A stretch of DNA of 64,000 bases. Source: Bugula neritina (lineage: Eukaryota; Animalia; Bryozoa). Below are positions 54,181-64,000 of this stretch, one piece after another (the first letter of the stretch is position 1; the number at the start of each line of letters is the position of its first letter). The stretch spans positions 6,305,929 to 6,369,928 of the forward strand of contig OZ037769.1 in the NCBI GenBank assembly GCA_964035545.1. The letters are read 5' to 3'. The translations under genes and the position numbers were made by a program. The notes below the pieces were generated by a model. That model ran no database searches. It was given only the letters and a program-made list of their open reading frames with translations, and had not been told where the DNA came from.

Positions 54181-55229
54181 TATTAGTTATTATTATATTT
54201 TGTAGCTTTATAGGCACGGAGTTATCTTCTCAATAGTTGTGACTTGACTTCTACCCAATTAACAAACAAAAAGGAAGATGAAGGAACTAGAGGTTCTATT
54301 AATAACTAGTATTTTTGATGCTATTTTAAAATACCAAAGCTTTAAAATGCTAAGACACTGCCCAATTAGTTCAAAACTGAAAAATCTCACAAACAGCATC
54401 CTGACACAGACTTTCCTGCAGGTAGCTGTTGGTAGCCCAAGATGTCATGTTGTTGTATATGAGTCATGCATAAAACTGCACCTGAGATACACTCAAATTG
54501 TATTAGACAGTAGACATTGTATCACCTTGCTGGACATTGATGCCCACCAATTGGTGGTACAATGCATAAAACTAAAACAATTTGCTTAGCTATTTTGGCT
54601 TCTTTCGTTTTAGAATGTTTATTCAATTTCGCAATCCAATGGTGTCAAAAGATTGAAAACATTTTTTTTAGCTCATGCCTACAAAAATTTACAAACCTAA
54701 CAAATTTGAGCAGTGAATTGCGAATAATATTTAAAATTTCAATAATTTTAGCTTAATAGTATTGTTTAAACGCATATATACTGTTTGAACACATGCATAT
54801 ACTACAACACTTATGATAAATTAAATGTAAATTTTTGGAATCAGCTTTTAACAATATTTCAACAAATATTTTTTCTTTTTGTGTAAAGAAACTATTTTTA
54901 GAGAAGAGAGCTGCTAGGTTTCACAAAGTTAAAAGCTCACTGGCAGCATGTATAGCTTTGTCACAGAGTGACTCTGCATTTAGATTTTAAACTCAATAAA
55001 GACAATGGACAGTATTTTATCTTTATTTGTATTATTTGAAGAGTAGTTCACAAATCTGGAAAATAAGTAATTATAGAGCCTCTCTATTTATTATGCAGTA
55101 GTATATTATGAGACCTATAGTAGCATAACTGTTATGTTCACTGAAATTTATTTCCAACTGAATAAAACCAGCTGGAATGTGTGAGCATTAGAATCGACCT
55201 AAGACTGGATAACATTAAATAAAAGGGTG

Positions 55230-55416
55230 GAGCCAAAATATAACAATAATAGTAATATATTTATCAAGCAGTAAGACCTTAGTACAGTGTAGTTTGAACC
55301 CGAAAACACATGTAATGTCTTTCCATAAATATATCTTGTAAAATCTACAGGAATTCGAACCACAGACCTTTGGCTTGCAAGCAGGCGAGCTAACCAATCA
55401 CACCACAGGAGCAGCT
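55230..55416 (-). mobile_element. tRNA-derived SINE head, family S2
   Basis: Minus strand reads gctgctcctgtggtgtgattggttagctcg...ggttcgaattcc (A and B boxes) without a proper acceptor stem. The 3' boundary is approximate. Confidence 0.55.
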
Positions 55417-55763
55417 GGGTTAACTCAACACTATACAGTGCTCAGTCAGGTCGATCTGAGAAATGTGTTCAGTGGGATTATAGTTTTTCTATTGCACTGT
55501 CTGTCCGATGTGGCTAAAGAGTTTTGAGTAAAAAAAAATCGTTGCAGCTTAAAAAAACTAACAACATTTATAAACTTTACACAGTACAACTTATTTCTTA
55601 AAGTAATCTGACAAAATTGGCCAATTTAAGATACATAATTACTCTTGACTGTTTTAACAGCCTATATAATATTATTATTCATACACCTACAAGTTTGTTA
55701 AGCCTAAAGTTATGCAGCAAATAACCAATAAAAGCAAGTTTTTCTAGTTATTTAAATTTGATT

Positions 55764-55937
55764 CAGTAATGGAGTAATGGAGTAATGGAGAAATTGAGAA
55801 AAGCCTGTGTTCTAGATTAGAAATGTAGCAAAAGAAGTTATGTTCTCGGAAGAATTTCAACCCACACCCCAAACCAAAATTTAAAAAGAAAATTAAAGAA
55901 TTTTGGCTATTTCGATTTCCCCACTACTGCTCCTAAA
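55764..55937. mobile_element. MITE family A copy
   Basis: Colinear with 10441-10604; the left end has a triplicated agtaatgg. Confidence 0.8.
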
Positions 55938-56659
55938 TGGAGGCTGAGAAGGTGGCCAAGGTAATTGAGTGCTTTGCTAGTAACTAACAAGGCATTATTG
56001 CTCTTATTAAATCAAACAGATATTTAGTGAGCAATATTTTTCTACTTCTCATATCAATCTGGCATCTATTCATGGTCTTATTGACTTGAGAACTGAGTTC
56101 AGGCTGAACAGACTGACCAGCTCAGATCGACAGAGTTCAATCATTGACTTTTTTCCATCGAACGAGGTGGCTGAGATTGGATCCATGGAAAGACTCTATG
56201 CAGTCTACAAGCTGTCCCTGTAATACAGAACATAATATACAAAATAGCTATGCTAGTATAATAATATATTGGCTACTTTCCTTTTTTCATTATTGGCGTT
56301 ATGTCAATATGAGTATTATTGTTGAATTACCACAATGTAATAGTATGTCTTACCAGTGATAAAGCTGCTAGATGAAAGAGAACGTTCACTCAGTTTGTCT
56401 GGGTTTTATTTGCATTAGCTTGTAGCTATCTCAGCTATACGGTGGCTGGTAGGGCAACTCTTAGTGACACGATAGCGCACGTATCTGATAAGCTATTGTC
56501 ATTGGCTAAACTCTCAGCGTGCCACTATAACAATTATGTTCTTTTATTTATGATAGTAGTTATGGTAAACCTAACCTAATGCAAATACTGGTGACAAGGA
56601 AGTACTAATATATGAGCTGTATCATTATTGTGTGAAACTACATCGACTCCACACCTGGT

Positions 56660-57004
56660 GAGTTACAATGGTGTCTAGTACAAATGGCACAGGTAATAAT
56701 AGCACCAGTAATAATGGTACAAATAACAAAGTAGGTAAAAATGGAACATTTTCAATATTAGGGTTTGGGGTGGGGTTGGGGGTTTGGAATGGGGGTTTGG
56801 AATGGGGGTTTGGAATGGGGGTTTGGGGTTTAAGGGTTTGGGTTTCGGGTGGGGGGGCTTTGGGTTTGGGAACATTTAAACATCAGTGTGCCATTTTTAC
56901 CTACTTTTCTATTTGCGCTATTATTACCTGTGCCATTATTACCTGTGCCATTTTTACCTGTGCCATTTTTACTGGTGCCAGTTTTACTTAAAATCGAGTT
57001 ACAA
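56660..57004. mobile_element. Foldback/MULE-like non-autonomous element with 9-bp TSD and G-rich core
   Basis: TSD gagttacaa at 56660-56668 and 56996-57004. Inverted arms are built from 15-bp units (ggtaaaaatggcaca). The element is absent at the homologous site of paralog 1 (~43511-43525). Confidence 0.85.
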
Positions 57005-57241
57005 CTTATAACAGTATTGATAATACTTTTAACTTAACTAATATTAAAACAAGAAATGATGTTTTCTCGGAATAACTTTGATTATAGCAGCTAAATTCCT
57101 CAATTTAAATATAATACAGCACAGCAATAGAATAAATCTATTAAACAGTTTTTTGTAATCAAAATTGAACAATATGCTGTCTTTTAGATTGTCAAGTTTC
57201 ATTGGCACTAAATATAAACCTACAAAACATTCTCTGAAGAA

Positions 57242-60200
57242 ATGGAAGACCAATATGTGGTAAGTTATTAGACTAAATTCAACTGAAAGAGATGGTGTAG
57301 ATTATCCATGGCTTGAGATATGTACACTGCACTTGTTTAGACCCCAAAAGTTATTTGTTACTTGTTTACAACTATAAGGAAAGGAAATGCATAAAAATTT
57401 ATAATCTTACTGCATTACTAAGACAATTATTTATGTATATAATACACATTAAAAAAGGTGCCACTTTATAACTCCTCAGACATACACACACGCTAAGCTA
57501 AAATAAAGATTTTATATAAACTTTATCAAATAGTTGGCAAACTGCCAGTGAGAAATGTTCTTAAAGTTGTGTACATTGTTTATAAGCCTGAAAATTTATA
57601 TTTACTGCATATAAGCATATTATATGCACCTATCGTACCAATACAATGTTATGCTAGTGCTTACTTTATAAGCTTATATTTACAATCACTTTATGATTAT
57701 CCTGTATATACACCTATTGTAGATTACCGAAGAGGAGCTGAAAGATTTCAAAATAGCTTACTGCCGTGCACCTGGTGGAAAATATAACCTAGAAGCCCCA
57801 ATACCTTTTCTGAAAAAGTTAGCTGATGGATATCTAGACAAATATAAAGCCACTGGTGATTGGACGGATATTCTCAAGGTAGTAGGCAAACAGAAGAAAC
57901 TGATAAAATAAAATTAGCATTAAGATCTCAACAAACAAAACCTGCAATTTCGTGTTTGCTGCAACATGCATATACAAATATTATTTTCATATTAACTAGG
58001 AAACGTAAATAAGCCACCGCAATCAAAACTTGTGCAAATATGCTCCAGTTTACTCAACACCACTGACAACATTGCTACTTTTGTAACTATTTAAACCCTG
58101 TTCCATAGCAATTTTTATAGCATTACTAAAAAGTACATTCATTGAGCTATTGACAAAGATAATCAAGATCCATTTACGGCCCCTTTGCTTTACAGTTTAG
58201 ATAGACCTTGCTATAATTATTTATAGTTGGGAGAGGGCTTACTAACTGTTGAACAAGCAAAATAATTAAACAATAAAAATATGCTGCTTTATTAGCTTGT
58301 CATTTAAGTTATTTAAAAATCCGGATATATAGGTCATTTCATGAAATAATAAGAATAATAAAAATAACTTCGTGGAATAAAGCAACCCCTAGTCTATCAT
58401 GAATGAAAGTACAATTAGTGAATGAGTATGAAAACTATGCTGGCATTAGAAGTAAAATGAAAATTTTATTTTGTAAACAAAATCACAAAGGATGAAATAC
58501 CAACAAGTAATATAACTTGGTTTTCACAGTTCGTTAAAGTTTGTTTCAAAAATGTTGCTAACTCTTATAATATACGAGTGGTAGAACCTAAGACCTTGCC
58601 TAATTAAACTGTCTTGATCTACTGCAGTCTATACTTTTTACCAACACCAAATAGTGAGAATACAAACACAAGCAGCACACATACATAATCAGTGCCATTA
58701 TTAACTCAATAACTAGAGAGGGCCCGTTTTACACACAAAATTAGGTAGATGTTGATTCAACTAAACCAGCTAATTTAGTAATGGTCATGCAGAAAGAATA
58801 AAGTTGTTCTAATCAAAATAAAGCTTTTCAATTACTATGTATGCCATAATTTGTCACTGTAAGTTTATGACTTTCAAAAATCATTTTAGAGTCATGCTTT
58901 GTGCAACTCCATCTCGAAGCGAGAAGCTAATGAAGCTGAATTGTGGAACAGAAAAGCTTTCGAAGCACAAAAAGCTTATTGGAAAGAAAATGGAGTTTGG
59001 AAATATGAGATTCAACAGTCTGTGACTAGTCAACTGGCTGATCAGCTAGAGGAAATAAGAGAAAAGTGTAGAATGCAGATTAATCAAATTGGTTGCCTAG
59101 TTGCAAAGTATAACGACAACAAAATTACTCGAGCTAACTTTACTGAGCAGTTTGTTTTGGACGTCAAACAAATTTCGCTGACTAGTTCTCAGAAAATGGC
59201 AGCGTTTGCAAAAAAGGTGTTCGAGTTCAGTGTCGCTAGTCTGTCCATTCTTCCTCCTTGTAAGTTTTGTGTGGTAGCACTGGGTTCTCTAGCTAAAGGC
59301 GAAGCAACACCCTACTCAGACTTAGAGTATTTGTTTCTAATTGAATGTTCCAACTCTGAGACGATTGCTTATTTTGAAAAACTTGCTCTTTCAAGCTATT
59401 TCATCATTGGAAACTTGCAAGAAACAGATTTAGGGTACATGTCAATAGCAGAGCTGAAAGGATGGTTTGATGACACACAAAAAAGTGGTTTCAAAATTGA
59501 TGGCTTGAAAGATGGAGCTCGAAACATTCCAACTGGTAATGGATCTACTTCTCAGCAAAATCATTTCATCGTCACTCCAACATCTCTTTTTCACAAATAC
59601 AAATCAGTTTTAGATAACCCTCAAAGTGACGCTATTGTTGGAGATCTCACGGCTAAATTACAGTTCACCAGACTAGTATACTGCCACGGAGATGGTGCAG
59701 AAAAACTCTTGGATCAATTCTCGGAACAAAAGCTTATGCTACAACCTAATGACAAAAGGCAGGAAGTCAACAGAGAAATGTTTATTGCTGATGCAAAGAA
59801 ATATGGCTTTAAGCCTACAGAAGAGTTGATAAATAATGGGTTTTCAATCAACACAAAAAAAGAACTGTATCGATATCCATCAATTTTGCTTTACAACATT
59901 TTAATAATTTTCAACATCTCAATAACTCATTCCTGGAAAAGTTTGGACAACCTCAAAGAAATGAAACATATTTCTGTTTCTTTGCATGAACATATTCTAT
60001 TTTTGTTAGCATGTGCATGTTACCTTAGACTTTCAACATATCATTTTTATGATTCAGCTAAAGATAGCTTGTCAGTGCTTTCAGTGAACTATTTTACTTA
60101 CCCTGATGTTCAAGAGGCTAGCATAGCAGAGACAAAAACTAGAAAAAAATGGTTCCTTCCGCAAAAACTGTTTAACCTTCATTGTGAGTATTCAGTACCC

Positions 60201-61763
60201 TTAAAGAAGCACATTAGTGCATGCAGGATTGACAATATTGAGGATGCTATAAAAACAGCTGTTCAAAAACCAAATTGGTTAGTGAAATTTCAAACTTTTC
60301 ATTGTTGCAATCGCTGGTCCAAAGGACAAGAACTTCTCCGGGAACACATCAATTTAGAGATAGTGTTGGGAAAACCTGAACAAACCATAGAAGCAATCTA
60401 CCGTTTAGTGAACTATGACTTTGGGGAGTTGTGGAACACAATCAGGGCTTTGACCTATTCATTAAGTCAAGAAAGAAAAAACAAAGAAGCTCTGGCTTAC
60501 CACTTGATTATCCAAAGAATGATAGAATCAAGTTTAGGACAAAAGAGCAATGAAGAGCAACAGTTAACCATGGCTGAGTCAAAAGCAGAAACTGGTATGT
60601 GCTTTTTCGAATTGACTGAGTTTAATAAAGCTATAGAGGAATATGAAAGTTCACTACAGATCCGAAGTATGTTTTTATCAAGTGACTACGAACAGTTGGC
60701 AAAGATGCACCTTTGCCTTGGAAGATCTTACATTTATCTCTATAGATATCAGGAGGCTCACACTCATCTTTTCATTGCTCTGCAAATTTGTCATAATCAA
60801 GCATCGAAGGAAGTTGAATACAACTACTATGGTGAAATTGTACATTCAGAAACTCTTGTGCAGTCATTAGTTGGTCTTTTGAAAATAAGTCCAAAAGACA
60901 GGCTTCGTTATTTGAGCAATTCATCTATTCTACTCGCGCATGTTTTGTGGAACATTGGAATAAACTATTTTTACACAAAGTACTTTGAGCTTGCATTTTC
61001 TTATTTTAGCAAAGCCCAAGAGATGTTTTACGATTGTTATGGAAGTAAAGCTTGTCACAGAGACATTTCCCATCTATTTTATGCATTGGGTTGTGCTAGT
61101 TCTATGTTGAGACATCATGACGAAGCTGAGGAATATTTCAAACGGGGGATGGCATTGACCATTCAAATTTTTGGGAAAAAAAATCGATTCAAAGCTGCTG
61201 TATTACGTTGTTTCGCCATGAATGATTTGAAGATTTACCGTAAACTTTTAGCTAAGTTATTCTACAGTGTACCACGCTACCGCGTAGCACACTCAGAGTC
61301 GGCAACAGCTATAAGTCGGTATGGATTGCATCTCATACACACTGGCGAATATTCTTTCGCTGAAAATGTACTAAAAATAGCACTACAGATGTATCACGCC
61401 AGTGCTGCTGCTGGAAACAGTAAATACCCAGCTGGTTATGTTTCCGCAACATTATCACATTTGGCTTTAAACTATTGGAAGCAAGGAAAGATTCAGCTTG
61501 CAAAGAAGACTTTTGAACAATCATTAGTAACTCTCAATGAAATGGATGAGCTCGTTCCTAATTCTGCTAATCTAGAGAGGGGAGAAATTTTTCAACTGAT
61601 GGGTGACCTGTATCTGTCTGTCAGTGAGTACGACAATGCGATTGGCTACTTCAGTGAAGCAAAAGAAAAATTTGTGTCTGCTTGTGATGACCCCAATCAT
61701 CCAAAAATTATTGAGGTTGAAAAGCTAATTTGGTCTACCTCAAGGCATCTTCAAAACCAGTGA
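57242..61763 (+). CDS. GlnD/DUF294-type nucleotidyltransferase + TPR repeat protein, paralog 2 (~1015 aa)
   Basis: Exons 57242-57259 (MEDQYV), 57723-57878, 58890-61763. Colinear with paralog 1 without indels, with an intact [15 protein letters not shown] motif (~59283-59327). Confidence 0.85.
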
Positions 61764-61952
61764 CTGCAATATCAATATATCAAAAGCAGGATATTAATTT
61801 AAGCCAACAAGTTTTTAATGCAGTATTGAAATTTAGTGTAATGATTTATAGACTTCACACAAATACTAATGTCAAAATTTATAGTATGTTATTTAGTGAT
61901 ACATTATGTAAATGAACTTTTGTTAACACTTCATTTAACAAGAATTCAACAA

Positions 61953-62525
61953 AAATCAGTGTTATGGTTATTTTTTCTTGGCTTAGCCATGATAACTTTT
62001 CTAGAATATTTGGAGCTGTGTGTAAAGAATTGTCAATTTATATATGCAGATATTTCATATTAGAGTTGAATATAAATTATTAAGAATTATGTTGCAATAA
62101 CTCACTGTAACAGAGACAGTGGCGTAGTAACAAGATGCATAGGTGGAGGAGTGGAGAACTTGACCAAGCATAAGTTTTTTAATTTTTTACTGTACTGGAT
62201 AAATTTTGCTTTTGGTTGATATTCCTGAAAGAACATACACTTCTTATAATAGTGAATTCCTACTTTATGGGACAATGCTGCCCTACTTGTGAAAGCAATT
62301 AGTATAGGCAGTCACTCATTATTATAATATTACCAGCACGTTATTACTCAAAGATATCAATATCTTACGTTGTACAAATAACAAATAGTAGGACATTATT
62401 ATTATACTTTTTTGATTGCTTGTAATATTCCCCCCCCCTCCAGATATAATGTGTAGCCTATATTCATTATTTACTTGTAGCCTATGCTGCAGCATATTAT
62501 ACCTTTGTCGCAGCTGTGTTCATGA
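61953..62525 (+). repeat. Non-coding duplicated blocks homologous to 50211-50388 and 53081-53340
   Basis: e.g. atatatgcagatatttcatattagagttgaatataaattatta and aattcctactttatgggacaatgctgccctacttgtgaaagcaattag each occur twice, in the same order and orientation. Confidence 0.85.
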
Positions 62526-62701
62526 ACATATGTATTGTTGTAGCTAAAAAGGCTGTTACATTAAACTCATAACACCAGATCACATGAGATGCTTTACTTT
62601 TAAAAAAGGCTATGGTGTAATGGCTAGCAGAAGTAGAACTCTCTCTGTCCCCTGCTAAACATATGCGATAGTTTATGGCCAGTCATGCCGTTTCTACCTT
62701 A

Positions 62702-63004
62702 CCCCCTGTTCACACACTGCCGTATCGTATGCCGTAAGATAAAATATCAACCATTTTTACAGATGTCTGTGCTTCCTGTACGGTGCTACGGTACGTTAGG
62801 ATCAAGCACTGCTTGATTTAAATTAGTTGCGGCCGGTTCCTATGGGACAGAAAAACTTTTGCGTCAAGTCATTGGATAAAATTGTCCAATGAAATGTCTT
62901 ATATATTACCTAATAGCGGACTTTGTAAACTTCAGCCTGGACACATTAGAGATGGTTGATATTTTACATTACGGCATACGATACAGCAATGTGTGAACAG
63001 GGGG
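62702..63004. mobile_element. MITE with ~55-bp TIRs (PIF/Harbinger-like termini)
   Basis: ccccctgttcacacactgccgtatcgtatgccgtaa...aaaatatcaaccat / atggttgatatttt...ttacggcatacgatacagcaatgtgtgaacaggggg, flanked by tta / taa. Confidence 0.82.
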
Positions 63005-63273
63005 TAAGTCATACCGTTCCACATGCGGCAGGCAAGTTAGTAAGATCAGGATGACGTGATATAAATACCTGCCAATTGATATATACAATAACAAGTGGAA
63101 TATAGGTCAACCAACAACGTCGACCTCCTGCATATAAACTACACCTTCCAGCGCCCACGAGGAGAAGTGGATAGTGCTAGTAGCTGATAGGATACTCCAT
63201 GTAATCACTTTGACTATTGTTACTCTTTTCTCGGCTGATGTATCTTATTTTGCATTGTGTATTGTTATATATA

Positions 63274-63277
<4 letters not shown>

Positions 63278-63315
<38 letters not shown>
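63278..63315. repeat. (TA)n microsatellite
   Basis: Directly visible. Confidence 0.95.
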
Positions 63316-63318
<3 letters not shown>

Positions 63319-63594
63319 CAATCTGTGGACAGCAGCTGTTTCGGGGTTTGTTCCCTCATCAGCACAGAACAGAGTACCATGGCCCACACCTTGGCAATAG
63401 TAGAAACTTATGTTTCTACTAAAGCATATTTAAAAGGTGTGTAAACTCAAGCCAGAGAGCTCAAGTGACTCTAGGGGTCACCTAGGAGTCACAAGCCTTG
63501 CAAAATGCTAGCAGCTTGAGTTTGTGACCATGGTGAGAGAGCTCAATCACTGAATGTCATTGCTGAGCATTAAGTGAGAGCATAATACCTCAAT

Positions 63595-63597
<3 letters not shown>

Positions 63598-63676
<79 letters not shown>
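63598..63676. repeat. (TA)n microsatellite
   Basis: Directly visible. Confidence 0.97.
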
Positions 63677-63679
<3 letters not shown>

Positions 63680-64000
63680 AATATATCTTTACGAGCTAGC
63701 AATTTGATTATAAATAGGTATACGAGAAACATTGTTGATTTATTACTTTATTAGGTAAAGTAATTACACTGATATTTCGGGTACCACTGTAGGTCCACCT
63801 TCAGAGTAGCAATGAATGAAATTCAAAAATTATTATGTTACGTTAGACGTTATGCATGACACAAAGAATAGAGAGTGGCAGTTATTGTAAATTATTGAAA
63901 CTTAAGGAGATAATCTTATTTTATATATTATACGCAGGTCAGAAATTATACTGATTTTTTTGCATAAAAAATAAATTAGAGTTGACAAAAAAATAGATAT

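Noticed and set aside
55348-55416. Possible tRNA genes (also 26149-26222 and 52499-52572)
   Set aside because: A/B boxes are present but cloverleaf stems do not pair properly and SINE-like bodies follow.
56668-57037. Three overlapping ORFs and a telomere-like G-rich tract
   Set aside because: All lie within the TSD-flanked foldback element, and the tract is not a regular TTAGGG/TTAGG array.
44964-61763. Bacterial contamination or an NLR/kinesin-light-chain annotation for the large ORFs
   Set aside because: Spliceosomal introns, host-like composition and nesting in IAH1 argue against contamination. No P-loop/NACHT motif or KLC heptad region is visible.

Overview
AT-rich, intron-containing eukaryotic (invertebrate-animal-like) genomic DNA. 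The species cannot be determined from sequence alone. Most ORF-track entries are noise. Manual splicing gives nine protein-coding genes. (1) MTFR1/2-like mitochondrial fission regulator (minus, ATG 14199, 3' end unresolved), head-to-head with (2) ARMC1 (plus, 17451-20566), the same pairing as human ARMC1/MTFR1. (3, 4) Two adjacent orphan secreted repeat proteins, one Leu/Pro-rich (21876-22741) and one Trp/Thr/Pro-rich (24390-25247). (5) A single-C2 synaptotagmin-15-like gene (minus, 26953-28834). (6) A TSPAN13/31-like tetraspanin with a U12 intron and two alternative last exons (30940-36400). (7) An IAH1-like SGNH esterase (minus, 37042-52248). (8, 9) Two tandem paralogs of a ~1015-aa protein fusing a GlnD/DUF294-type Pol-beta nucleotidyltransferase to C-terminal TPR repeats (43800-47837, nested antisense in IAH1 intron 2; and 57242-61763). 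The NTase-TPR pair has a conserved catalytic core and diverging termini, and is the best candidate for an undescribed system (possibly sensor-enzyme or immune). MITEs, foldback elements, tRNA-derived SINEs, LINE fragments and satellites fill the rest. All family assignments come from remembered motifs; no database search was run.
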